Shown here in pieces: positions 40,428 to 53,462 of a DNA stretch of 64,000 bases; the stretch's first letter is position 1; every line of letters begins with the position of its first letter. The notes beneath the pieces are model-generated. The model ran no database searches, was not told where the DNA came from, and worked only from the letters and a program-made list of their open reading frames with translations. This DNA is from Pseudovirgaria hyperparasitica (taxonomy: Eukaryota): NCBI GenBank assembly GCA_010093815.1, contig ML996569.1. One strand, given 5' to 3'. The translations under genes were made by a program, and so were the position numbers.

Positions 40428-42718
40428 CTAGGGGCGACCACGCTCATCAGGGTCCCAGACTCCACGCAGGACCTGAGCAGGGTTTCCAGCCACTACTGTG
40501 TACTTGGGGAAAGTCTACACCGTCATTAGCTTGCTTTCTGACATGGAAAATATTGAATGACTGACCTTGCAAACTACCGACCCCGCTCCGATAGTGGTCC
40601 CTTTCCCGATAGTAATGGGTTTACCTTTCCGGGCCACGATCGTGACGTTCGCGCCGATGAAACAATCTTCTTCGATTCTGATAACCACTCCAATGGCCGT
40701 GCCTTTGCTGCCCGCACGGTCTCTTGGATGGACAGCTACTGTGTTGCCCAAAATGTTCACGTTTGGTCCAATGACCGACCTTGCGCCGATGGTAATCTGG
40801 CAGGGATCCAGAATTGTGCAATTTGAACCAATGACAACGTTGTCGGCAATGTGGATGTTGTAGCCGTATTCACAATTGAACGGTGCTTCCACCTGGACAT
40901 CCTTGCCCACGGATCCACGGGGTTGTTCCTCACGTCGGGTGTTGGGCGAGTCCATGATGGCACGGAATTGCCGGACTCTTTCTTCGCGTGACACGCCCAT
41001 CGCCGGATTCTGGGCATTGTTGAAGCGCCACAGGGCTGATTTGCATTGTTCTCGCTCGTCAACCAATTGTGGGGCAAAAAGCAGGTACGGTTCACCCTTT
41101 AGCATCTTCGACTTTTCGGACTCCAGAGGAGGAGGTGGTGGCGGTTGCTGACGGGCGGGAGGTTGATAGTGAGATGTGGAAGATGTGTGTTGAAGTGCCA
41201 TCTGTGCGACTGTGCTTGCAGACTGATGCATGGATGGGGGTGGATGTCCATACTGCTGGTTGGGAGGTGGTCGTTGTTGTGGGGCCAATGGGGGAGCATC
41301 ATAGTATTGTTTCGTAGTCGCTCGTGGATCATGAGAAGCTTCAGCATAAGTGGCAGGGGGAGGCGGATGTGTATGCGACCTAGAATGCGGCTCAGGCCAC
41401 GAGGACCAAGGCTGTCGAGCTGCGGCGTTGCTGTTGTTGTTGTCGTCGACGACAATTGGACGACCTCTGTTCCCTTCATTGTAGGTTGCTTCGTGCTGCT
41501 CCCGAGGGACATGTGGTCTATATTATGTTATTAATACCTCGCAATGTGGTCATGACAAGGGAGTTCATTACCTGAACACAGACGTAGGGTTGTATTCGTC
41601 CTTTGCCTGGATGGGCATCGGCCCGCGGCTCGTGCTTGGTCTCGGCCCTTGTGATTTCAATTGGTGGTAGCCTTCGCAGACAAATCCACCACGAATGCAA
41701 TTGCTGCCTATTATGGAAAGTTAGCGATACCTTCCATACGCTACAGGAACACAATATTATATAGAAAGCGGTGAATTAGTGTGTAGCATACATTCTGGTT
41801 TGGCTTCGTCGCACTAAAAGAATATTAGCCATTGTCACATTGGTATATAGTATAGCCGCATGGCATTTAGATCTGTACATACCTTCTTCTTGCGTCTTCT
41901 GCAGGTTTGACATCCAGTCTTTGTTCGGTTGGCAAATTGCTTCGCGATGTCAGTTCATCCTTGCGAGGCGAGGCAAGCAAACTCACCCGTTTACGCTTCT
42001 TCGGATCGACCTGCACTCCAGCTCTGGTGAGTTCGGTGGTGCTGCTTGGCTCATTGTGGTCCTGGGTGACTGAATCATCGCCATTCTCGTAGTCGACAGA
42101 TCTCTGCGTGGGTGAGTGCATTCGATCTTGAGACTCTGCCATTCTAGATTCTGATGCCAAAGTATCTGGCCTCTCCCGATCGAGCCAGGGACCAGAACCG
42201 TAGCCAGTCGTTCCAGAGTGTGGAGCTGAATGTGGGATGCTGGACAGGTTGTTTGTGCTACGTGGTGAACGCGGGCTGATTGAAGATTCGTAACCATCGA
42301 CTTTGCGCCTGGCCTGTTCAGAAGATACAGCGGCACCGGTGAATGAGGTGTCGTCTGTACCAGACCGCTTGCGCTTATGCGTACTTGAACTGTTGTCTTC
42401 CGTGTCGTTTGTGGCCTGGGACGCACGATGGGAGGCAAACCCGTTTGTGAAAGTCCAAGCGGTTTGCGTGGTATCTGAGCCTTTTACTGCCGGTCTTTCG
42501 TCGCCCTCTGAGTTTGGTAGGGAGTTTGAGCGTGCTGTGTGATAGGTCCCGTGGGATCCATTCGTTTGAGGAGCTGATCGTGGCGGAGAGCCCGAAGTCC
42601 GACCGTTTACAGCAGTAAATCCAGAGGAAGTAGCGTATGCGTTGGTATCGATGGCCTTCTCTTTGTGTATCAGATCAGCTCCGTTGGTTAGGGGTGCTTG
42701 CGCAATAGACGGCATCAT
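40428..42718 (-). CDS. Zn(II)2Cys6 protein fused to a maltose/galactoside O-acetyltransferase-like (Mac + left-handed beta-helix) domain
   Basis: Spliced KKRKR/QFANRTKTGCQTCRRRKKK/CDEAKPE/CSNCIRGGFVCEGY (6 Cys); C-terminus SEKSKMLKGEPY..VEAPFNCEYGYNIHI..IGANVTI..IGAGSVV/TFPKYTVVAGNPAQV. Confidence 0.9.
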
Positions 42719-43592
42719 TTGCGCGTTACTGTGTTGATGTCCGCCGACCGGACAGAGAACAGAAGGAGCCAGACTAGGGTGCCGACGACTTTGAGTTTCG
42801 TAGATGGCAGATGTCCAGGGCTCAGGTTGCGTGGTGTGCTCGAAGTTGTACGTGACGGGTATATTATCTTGCTCAGATGTGTGCTAAATAATAGTCGTGC
42901 GGTGTGCGCGCTGCTAGCGGTGGCGGAGGAAGGATAGTCCAACAATGGAGACGAGTGACAGTAGTGCTGGTCTATAGATGGCCAAGAAGATGGAGCTCTT
43001 TATTCAACCTTGCTCTTCAACCGGAATATTTTTAACCTTGATTTTTAACCTGGAAGCGGTTCTAGAGGTCCAAAATTGGTGGTAACGAGAGCGACAGTGT
43101 GGACTTGGAAGCGGTGTGTATCTTTTATTTTTATTTTTATTTTCCCTTTCTTCTCGGGACAATATACAGGAGTGTAGCAGCGCAACGGCTTGGAAGGAGT
43201 AGAAGCGTCAAGTGTCGATCGAGTGGGCGGGATGAGGTTATGCAAATCGCGGGTGGCTCGTCTAGCGGGGGCGGGTGTTGATGTATAGTTGCAAGCAAGG
43301 CGGCTCGCGCGCGAAGCGAGAGATTGATATCGCGGAGACCAGGCAAACGACCGCACAGCGACCGGTACACAGATGGAGAAACAAAGATATAATACGGCGC
43401 AGGCAGAAACGCGCGAAGAGGGCGGAAGAGACGGGCGGAAAGACAGTGCGCACTGAAAAGTCAAGGCGGCGCAGTGGTTGTTGGGGGAGGAAAAGAAGAG
43501 AAGAAGGGTGGTGATGAGGATGATGGGAAAAGGACGACGAAGGTTGGGATTTGTGGATGATGGGAATATGGTGGATTCAAGGTGGATGAGAA

Positions 43593-43621
43593 ACAGCAGC
43601 AGCAGCAGCAGCAGCAGCAGC
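43593..43621. repeat. (CAG)n microsatellite
   Basis: About 9 CAG units. Confidence 0.9.
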
Positions 43622-43747
43622 GCGGGAAGACAACCACACGACTTTCTTGTCTGTTTGAATGCAAGCATCCCACCCCCATCGTGTCTGCTGATTGGCTACT
43701 GAGTGGGCTGTCCTGGCAGCTTTCCTCTCTTACTCACTGTCTCTCTG

Positions 43748-43750
<3 letters not shown>

Positions 43751-43778
<28 letters not shown>
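43751..43778. repeat. (CT)n microsatellite; a complementary (GA)n run lies at ~44100-44119
   Basis: Direct reading. Confidence 0.9.
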
Positions 43779-44253
43779 AGGTTCTCTACGTCTCTCTAGG
43801 TCTCTTCTCTAGGTAGCGGCTAGTGAAGCGTCTTCTTCCGGGGGGGTGGGGGAACCTAAGCTAATGGGGGGAAGAGGGGAGGGGAGTCCCCCTAGAGACG
43901 CCCCAGAACCCACCAGAACCCCCCAAAACCCCCCCAAATCAATCATAACTTCTAGCCAGTTAATCTGCCCATCTCAGCGTCCTCCCTCCCTAAACTGCTG
44001 CCACTGCCCTCCGATTGACCCCATTCTACCCTCAAATCCCGCTGCTGCCTCCCCTGCACTGCCTTGCCTTTTCACCCCCCCTCCCCCCTTAAAAAGATTG
44101 GAGAGAGAGAGAGAGAGAGACCAGGCAGGGCTTTTGGACGCGCATGAAACCAGCATCCAGCTTTTTCACTTTACGGCCCAACCACTCACGGCCCGCAACC
44201 TTCTAGCGTCTCACAAAGTCACTGCACACTAAAAAGACTGCTGCATCTAATTA

Positions 44254-44315
44254 GAGACTGGAGATTGATGACTGGAGGCTGATGACTGGAGACTGGAGAC
44301 TGGAGACTGGAGACT
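44254..44315. repeat. (GGAGACT)n heptamer tandem repeat with GATGACT variants
   Basis: gactggagactggagactggagactggagactg. Confidence 0.85.
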
Positions 44316-46249
44316 GCACACCGGGCGGCTCTCATAGACTATAGTAGTATAATACTCAGATAGTCTCACAACATCATATAGACAGACACATAAGCCCGAT
44401 TCGATGGATTGTCATGAAGAAGCACTAGTAATTGATAATTACTGCCGCCGCTTATTCCCTCCGCCCAGATGACACGCGCTGCTGGCTGCCAAAGGTGGTC
44501 TCCACACACATCAAGCTTGGACCCGTGGCTGCTGTTGCTGCTGTATTGGAGAAGATGGCTGTGCCGCCGGGGCTATGCCTCTCTCTTCCAAGAGGCCGCC
44601 ATCCTCGCTGACCGTTCCGTCTAATTATTCTATTCCATTGCATTGCCTAATTAATCCTCCTCCTTCTTGGCCACCCGTTCTCCATTATTCCAGCTGGTGC
44701 TTTTGGGCCGCGCGAGATGATTTACTGTTCCATATCTCCAGGAGACTCTTTGTCTTGTGCAAACATGTCATCCCACTCAGCGGAGCGGATACAAGCATGC
44801 TGTCTCCCCGAACACCTGCCATTCGCTCGATTCACCGCCGCGCCGCCCACCATCCACCCACCTCGACTCAGCCAGATCGCTTACGGCTGCGAGCCATGCT
44901 CCCGATTCTTCAACATGCGCGTGCCGCTTGAGCGGCTTCTGGCGCGCCCCTTTACCCGAGTCTGTATCCGAACCTTAATCGTTTTTTTCTCATGACGCAC
45001 CGCTCCCTCCCTGCGACTTGGTCATCCTGTCCAACGCTCGTATCGTCTTGCTTACAGCTGCCTCTGCTCCTGCTTCCAGTGCTGTGTTTCCATCTGCGGT
45101 TTGGCCCGCGAATCCCGTCCCAGGTTCGCTCAGAAATGCTCGCTGCCAAGATGCACGGCCGGCGCCAAACGCTTACGCGGTGCCGATATTGGCGCGTATT
45201 GTTGGTGAGGGGGAGGGGGGTCGGGCCCATCATCCCTGCGCAACCTGCCCCACCCACCTTTCACGAAACGCAAGGTAAGGTAATGATCCTTGCCAGCTGT
45301 CTCCACGCTCTAATCTGTTTTTATCGCCATCAACATCGCTCCACGGTACACGTCGGCGCTTCTCCGTCGTCAATTTGTGGTCTTGCTGGAGGGATATCCA
45401 CATGCTGTGTGCTCTTTCGAGTCTCGATGCACTACTACGTACGTCAACCATCAGCAGCCTGGCTGGGCGTGAATATACCAGTGACGTGACGTGACGGCTT
45501 GGTACGGGTAGGTATTAGATCGCACCAACGTTGGATGCAGGTGTGTGTGTGTCTTGAAAGACATGTACGCCCGAGAACCAGACAGAATGCACGCCATATA
45601 TTAGCAGGCGTAGCAGTCGTCTATATTGCTGCAGCAGATGCCGTGCTATTTTGAAATCTGCAGGCATCTAAGCTTTGCCACGAGTCGAGCAGCGGCATGC
45701 CCTCTGGCTGATGCCGTGGCCCTGCTGGTGGCGAGCAGGGGCTGCCCAGGACCGTGAGCGTGGTGTCGTTCCCGTCACCAATGCCATGGCTGCGAGCTGC
45801 ACTATGTCTGTAGGCGCCGTGCTCATCACTTGGCGGCTTCCATTTCCATCTCTTGACTGGCCAGATCTGCCCCCCTGCCAGCCCCGAGCCAAGGAGACGC
45901 CGTTCCATGATACGTTGCACTGGCTCAGTAGTTTCCGCTCTGCCGCTGGATCCTGCAAGCGTCGGCCAACGATACGAGCGTCAAGGCTCAAGCCTTGGCC
46001 GCCTGTCAAAGATCCTCCGCAGCCTTGTCGGATCTTCAGTGACAAGTCTCGCTCCTCTTCTCTCCCTGCTCTTGTTTGCAGGGCAATAGATCTGCATTGT
46101 GGCACGCCGTGTCGTCTCGAACGAGGGGTCGCAAAGGCCGTATCTCTGAACCTTATGCGGGCTTTCGAGCATGTATGCGGGGCCAGTGGGCATTCGCTCG
46201 CACACTATATATGAATAGAGTAAGCTAACCGGTATTGGACGAGGGTGGA

Positions 46250-46280
46250 GGTGGATGGTGGATGGTGGATGGTGGATGGG
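46250..46280. repeat. (GGTGGAT)n heptamer repeat
   Basis: gtggatggtggatggtggatggtggatgg. Confidence 0.85.
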
Positions 46281-49200
46281 GGTAAAGAGTCGCTATGCAG
46301 TGTACAGTGCCAGTGGTGTGTAGGTGGAGAGTAATGACCGTTTGAGAGCGTCATTTCCGAGCTGCAGCGTGATTCGCCGAGACAAGCGCGCTTAGAGAGA
46401 GAGGCAACGTTGCCCCTCGCCTTAGGCTGTAGGCACTTGCACCACCACCTTCGGGCAGAGCAGCTGCGCAATGCAGATGAGTGCAGACCACCTACATCCA
46501 TCCCATATATCAAACCTTGGCTATTCAACGCCAACTTCACCATCACACCCACTCGCGCCCTCGCAATTCGCGCCGTTACACGTGTGTGTGTATGCGCTAC
46601 TCATGCCCATTGCATGACTTCTTGTACCTCGCATCCGCTAACGCTGAGACGGTCCGTCCCGTTCTTGGAGCAATATCACATCTCGAGCACAGCCGGGCTT
46701 CAGGATGCGTTCGCACTGCGACGAGATAGGAACCTTCGTCTGCACTGTAGCAAGACACCAACTAAATTACGACCTACTCTTAATCAATCTGACCACCTCA
46801 CCGATGCGAAGCTTCGTCATCCACTAGGCAACATGTAGAAGCTTGTGCTGACCGCTTACGGCCCAGTCAAAGACCTTGTTTTACTACGCCTCAACCCCTA
46901 CGACGCTATCACGGCCATAAAAATGTGCCTCTGGTTGGGATATAGGGGCATTCAAGAGCATTGTCACTTAGGGACCACACTGAGACATGGTACCGATTCA
47001 TCTCCACAAGGCGTGCCTCGCGACGCTATCTTGAGCACCCGTATTAGCTTTTTCGTTACGCTGTCCGATATATGCCAATATGTCTTTGGGAGAACATTAT
47101 CTTCTTTTCTATTTATGATGAGCATCTTTCCCTGCTGGCGTTTTTGATAGACCTATACTGAATCCTATGAGAACGTAGATACCCTTCAGCGGTTGCGCAC
47201 AGCGTTTGTCACAACTACTCGTCGCAGCCGCGTCGTGAGTAGCCGCGACCATGTCCCAACTCAGAAAGCATTGTCCCAGCGGAAGGGCCCCGTGGAGAGA
47301 TGGGACGGCTCCCATTAGCCAGTTCGTTTACGGTCTTCAACGCTGTATATCAGGGGAGCAGTGTTCCAATGGGTAGTACCTCCGTTCTTTCAGCTGGGCG
47401 AGACCCGCAAGCTGCGTTGCGGCACAGCAGAGCCACGTCCAACGTGCCGCGGCCGGCTGGCCACGGTCATGGTCATGGTCATGGTTTCTCCCTGTACAGA
47501 AGGAAATGGTGGACAACGTGGTATCCCGAAATATATCAGACATATCCCTAAATGATCCACATCGAGCCGTTCGCGGCCCACTTCCCCCATGTCATCCCTG
47601 CTGTCTCTATATCCGGCTCTGTGGCATGATGTCTATCGCACTGACCTCAGAATAACTTTTCAGACATCTGGTACAAGCTATCAACAGAACAAGTCGCGGC
47701 ATTCCAATCATTCGATGTGTTCTCGCTAATTTCGAGTACTGTATCCCCACGCCAAGCATGTCGAGGCTTTGGGACTTGCAACCCCTAGCAACTGTGCCGC
47801 GATCCTACATGCTCACCGCGTTTGTTCGGCTTGCAAGGTGCAAGTCATGCCGCATCCTTCTCACAGACGTCAACGTCGCGGATGCGCAGAAGTACACGCC
47901 TGATTCGGTTGAAAAGCGAAGGCTTTGACGCAGAGCGCGCCAGACGCGCTGCTGCAGATACGCATCGTCCAGATCCGCATGTCTCACACATTTGTTGAAT
48001 ATGGCGTTTGCGACTCTGAAGAAGCGTGCATTATGCACCGTGCACCTGCAAGCCACATCCACCACTGCAATCTCATGACCTTGATGATCATTCCAGCTCT
48101 AGCCCCCTGACCATGAGCATGTTCTTCGATCATGAGATGAGGCTGTATGAGCCTTGCGGTGTGCGAACAGAGTCCGCGTTTGTTGGTTCTGCTGTGCCGC
48201 AACCATTGTGTGAGCAACGCGGCTAACTGTTTTTGACTTGGTGCAATCACTCTCTGTCATAGTCGACACTCGACAGCCAGCAGCATAGCTATTATCTTCC
48301 ATGCTCAAGCGACAGGTGTGCAAGCTGATGCATGGTGCACTATCGATTCTGAAGCTAGTCAGCAGTGTAGAAAAACACTTTGCCAAGGCACCGTGATGCA
48401 TGGCACGACCAGACTTGCAATCGTTCCAAATGCTGACAATCCATTCCTCCGTTTTGATTTCTCGGAGCGTCCGTTTACCAAACCTGACTTTCGAAAGCGC
48501 CCATACACCAGGAATAAGGAACTTGGGAACTTCCAAAGCACGCGAGTCTTTACACATCCGTGTCCCGTCGATATGTCCTCGGTATGCCAGGACCCCCCTC
48601 AGCTACGCGCGTTTGTAACGTGGAAGCATCCGCTCGAAAATCCCGAACCACAATATCGGAGTCAGTTTCTGGCCGATCAAGCGCCCGCATGAAGGCTGTT
48701 TTCAGCTCAATATCCTACTTTGCGGCGATAACGAGGCGCCGATGCCCCGACGACTGGAAGACGACATCCAAACTAAATAGCATCTTTATTTCATACGATC
48801 ACGAAAAATGGGGACAGCTTTGGGGGTTTCGACGGAGATTATTCTGCTGGTACGCCAGTGATGTGTGGCTGCTGAGCAGTGCGTTTCGACACACTTGGCC
48901 TGCCGCCTGGTCTCCTGGTAAGAGATACATCACACGAAATCATCTCATCGCAAGGGGCCGCCTGGACGCGACCAAGCAAGGGGTCGACCTCAGTCAGGAC
49001 ACCTCAGAGACTTTGCTAGCCATATTCCAATCCAATGGTGTTTGCTTAGTATCGAAATTTTCTACGAAAGTAGGCAGGGGGTTAGCTCACTCTGAACCGC
49101 GCGAATGGTTCACCAGTCCTCAGTCCATGGAATCAAAATCATATAAACCCTTTGGCTATGACGACGACAGAGTAGATGGGATTCAGGGTTAAGCACTACT

Positions 49201-50364
49201 ACACTGTTTCCTATCATTCCTGCCTGGTGCTTGCACCCACCAAAACCTACTGAAACATCCAGTTCCTTGACAAGGGAGAGTCGACCGCCCGTCGTCGTAT
49301 TCACATTCACCCACCTGTCCATCTCGAGGGGGCCAGCATATATAGTCGTATCGATGTAGTACTATCTCGAAGTTCCCGGCAGACCCATCATTCGTATATT
49401 CCATTCCGTGGCTTTCCCCGGAACTGTGTCATCGGAATGGTAACTAACTACTCTATCAAGATTGGCCAGCCATTGCTTGACTCTCTCTCTCTCTCTCTTG
49501 GCGTCGGCTATGAAAGCTGGAATAGTAAAGTGCGGCGATGTGTGTGTGTATGTGTGTGTGAACCCATCCATCCATCCATATTATGTAGTCCACCAGAAAA
49601 CATCTTTCTACTACTGAATTACGCGAGGTCATGGTGGTGTTCGTCATGGTCCCCCCCCCCAAAAAAAAAGATCAAAAAAGCCACGCTTCCTTCGACCCGG
49701 ATTTGCGTCGGAGCCACTGATTACATGTCTTGTCTGTTCTTCTAAACAAAGGAAGTGCGTGAGCCAGAGGTACTGCACTCGTATTCGGCCATTCTCCATA
49801 CTCTGCTTTACGAAGGCGTCGTCTCCGCAGACCCTTGCCAGTTCATCACCACAGTGTGTCTCACTCCCTTTTCTGATTCTATGTCTGTCATCTGGCGCGA
49901 AAGATACTTGTACGTACCCGTGAGTTGGGCTTTATAGCGCCGAAGAAGGCAGTGATGAAAGGCCTTTCTTTCTTTCTTTCCAACCGGGATAGCTGGTAGA
50001 GGTGACGCTGTAGCGGCCTGGCTGTAGCATGATATATGATGTATTCAGGCGCCACGAACCGGCTTTCTTTGTGCTGGATACACGATTTGCGGTATGTGTC
50101 CTTGGGTAGAATCAGTTAGTGTGCTTCTGAGAGCAAGAAGTCATGACGTCTGTTAGCTGTGAAGTCTCAGGACGCTGTACTGGCAACAAAGCACACAACT
50201 CCTCACCCACGCACAAAACCCACCACACGACATCACACAACGCACAATCAACCCAATCCAACACGACAAATCTCGCATTCGCTCCTCTACCAACCCTACA
50301 TCCCCCCGCAAACACACCCACCAAACAACTCCCAAGCCCAAAACCCAACCCACCAACCCCCCCC

Positions 50365-51763
50365 TCACACCCCCTCCCCATTCTCCTTACCCGCCTCACC
50401 CACAACCCCTTTCCCCTCCCCCACCACCTTTCCCCCCGCCCCCTTCCCCCTCCCAATCGTCCCCATCGGCGCCCTCGCAAAGTTGATCCCAAACTCCTGC
50501 CCTCGCCCCTCGCGCCTCAGCGCCAGCCCCGACGCCGCCAATCCAGCCGCGCCCGCTCCTCTGCCCCGCCGAGCCGGCGTCTCGGGCCACGGCGTCGCGC
50601 AAAGTCCCATGTGGGACAGACGACTGCTCATGCGGTCGACGGGGGAGCACGAGCGGGAGACGCGCTGGGCAGACGCATACTCATACACCTCATTGCCGTC
50701 GTCCGCCTCGTCTTGGGCCTCCGTGGAGGGGGCAGAGGAGGAAGACGGCAGCGCGCCCGCCTCAGCAGTAGCAAGCCAATTACCGAGAACAAGATTAACC
50801 GTCGCGATGCTGAGCGCGTCCAGCTTGACGGTGCGCGACATGCTGAGGTGGAGGATGTACCTGCGCTCGACGCAGACGGGGGCGTTGATCTTGACGTAGC
50901 TCTGCAGGTACATGTTGTTCGACTCCTTTTCCGTGCTGAGCGTCGGCATGCCCTCGCTGTTCTCCTGCTGCGCGTCCTGGCCGGAGTTGAGGATGTAGAG
51001 GAGGCGGCGGCGCATGCTGACGCCGGGCCGGTAGCATTCCGACATTTTCTTGCCGGCGAGGGTGGTGATGAGGAGGACGGAGGCGATTTCGGTGCGTTTG
51101 TCGTAGGAGAGGATCAGGATTGGGTGGGCTGGTGAGTGGGGAGGGGTGTTAGCTTTCGTTCTTGGAAGGTTTGGGGGGAGGGGGGGACGGTGTTGACTCC
51201 TTTTTTCGGCTGGATGTGTGTGGGTTGAGGGGAGGGAAAAGGGGAGGATTGTTTTACGTACCCCACCAGCCGTCGTCGACTTGCTTGTTTGCGATGGAGT
51301 CTCGCGGTATCTTCTCCGGCGTGTGGAAGATGCATCCGGGCTTGACCATGAATGAGGCGACTGGCACGTTCTTCCGCTCATGGGTACGCTCCTTTCTGTC
51401 CCAGTACGATCCATACGACTTCGAAATAGGCGGTGGGTGGAGCTCGTTATACATCGGCATGTTCGCAGACTCCTCGGACAACTCTGTCACTCTTGGACTC
51501 TGGGGCGGCTCGTGTGCCTTGTCGGACTCTCTGAGCCACGGGTTGCTTTGTGTGTCCTTGTCACGGTAGGGCTGTAGCTTCTTCTTCAACCTTGCTGTTA
51601 CGCCTGGGGGTGGTTCTATGGACGGCTTTCGCGACAGGAACCTGGGCTTACTATCCGACGCCTGTGTTTCCTCTCTGCCGGACAGAGCCCTCGACTCGTG
51701 GGAAGCAGCTTGTCCTTCCTTGAATCTTCGCTCTCCGCTTGGAAATGTGTCCCAGGGTGACAT
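50365..51763 (-). CDS. Hypothetical protein A with a PemK/MazF-like domain (2 exons)
   Basis: Exon1 51763-51262, intron 51261-51129 (GTACGT..GCTAAC..CAG), exon2 51128-50365 in frame: VKPGCIFHTP..GWW/AHPILILSYD..ASVLLITTL..QSYVKIN..VKLDALSI. Confidence 0.65.
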
Positions 51764-52787
51764 GGAAATCGGACGTGTGAGTGCGGCGTGGGATGATGAC
51801 TATACTCGATGACGGTACTGTTCAAGTCGGTGTCTGATCTCTCGATCTGATATGTCGAGCTGTGATTGTCCGTACCTTGACACAAGCTCTCTCTCCTCTT
51901 CCTCGAGATACAAGGTCTGTTCTCAAACCGTCTGACCAGTATGCTAATAAAGCTGTGCGATGATCAAATGTCCAAAAAGAAGCATATATCTCTCGAAGCC
52001 GTTGACAGCTTGGTGTGCGAAAATACACTGCCGATTACAGGGCATATGCGCAGTCATATAAGTATTATACTTTGCGGACAAGCTAGCAGAGTCGGATGTC
52101 ATCAAGAGAGAGTCGGACTTTGAGATCGGAGAACTGATCGAGAAACCTTTGAATCGACAAATGGCTTCTGTCTGTCTTATAGATATATGACAATCCCGAA
52201 CTTTTGTTTCTTCCTGGTAGTGTTCTCGACACGTGAAGATGTATTGTGAGATGGTGACGTATCGATGCCCGTGGGCCCCTGAGCAACGGCTGTTGATAGA
52301 ATTCTGGATTAGAGATGTCAGTTATGGGAGGGCTTGGGGGTGAAGAGACTTAGCGTCATGCGATCTACTCTTGTATGGATATCTCTAGGCGGTTGGTCTG
52401 ATGGATTGCTAATGATGAGTGTTGCCACAACGACAGACCAGGATCGAGGCACCTGGAGTCGAGTCGAGGTCAGACTGAAGATGTAGGTGGGCTCTGACAA
52501 CTGTCGTGTTTCGAAGAGGAAGAACACGTCGAGCGCGTCACTGAGATTTTATAACTGTGGGCTACATTGACCGGTCCAATCAGGCGCAAGTGTTTCGCAC
52601 ACAGGGTGTATTCACCTGACAGCTGGAGCGCTGCGGAACAGCCAATCAGGTCCAAGTCACTGTTAAGGATAAACGAAGTTGTGGGCATAAATTTGTGAAT
52701 TGACCAAGTGAACAAGAGCGCAAAGTACAATTGCATAAAGTACGCACTAACAAAGCATGTGCCAAAAAAAACCCATTTACATCATAC

Positions 52788-53017
52788 ATGAATGTGAAGA
52801 CTCTCGTCTCACAGCTTTATCACCGCCGGATCTACTCTCCATCACCAAAGAGAACCACCGAAAGTCCAGCTCCATCCGCCGGTAATACACCCCATCACCA
52901 AAGAGTATCACCGAATGTGAAGACGCCCGTCTCACAGCTATGTCACCGCCGGGTATACAACCCATCACCAAAGAGGACCACCAAAAGTCCTGCCCACTAT
53001 GCCAGAAATGTGAAGAG
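52788..53017. repeat. Imperfect direct repeat (123-bp unit plus a shortened copy)
   Basis: aatgtgaaga at 52791, 52914, 53007; gtctcacagct..tcaccgccgg..ccatcaccaaagag..ccacc.aaagtcc duplicated. Confidence 0.85.
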
Positions 53018-53462
53018 TGTCCACTGCAATTGGTGTGCCTGCCGATCAGAAAGCTGGGTTTCTGGCGGCCGCAAGAGAGCAAGTTTCGATAGTCCTGGGC
53101 TAACCCATAGACATTGCTTGTCTCAGCGAGTAGTGCCGTAGAAACCACTGCCTAAAACTCAGAACACGAGGAGCCCGCCGGCCAGAATACGTTTTCATTG
53201 CGGTGGAAAGATAGCAAACTTATGGCAGTCTTGGGAAGAACCCACAGACGTTGTTTACATCAGCCGGAGAACCGTAAGAGACGTTTCCTGGTGCCTCAAA
53301 TATGAGGTCGTCAACGGCGCCGAACCCTGAACTGGTACAATGGCTGAGCCGGATACGACAGCTTGGCATGGATATAACTGTAAGAAGCTGTGCCCGATAC
53401 GCTACAGATTGCTCCTCTGACGAGAAGCAATCTGAGATTGTTGCGTTGGCCGACAAGTTCAT

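Noticed and set aside
48560..49192. 210-aa plus-strand ORF
   Set aside because: GTG start, no recognisable motifs or coding-like composition
52788..53017. CRISPR-like array
   Set aside because: Eukaryotic context; only 2-3 degenerate long units with no unique spacers and no cas genes
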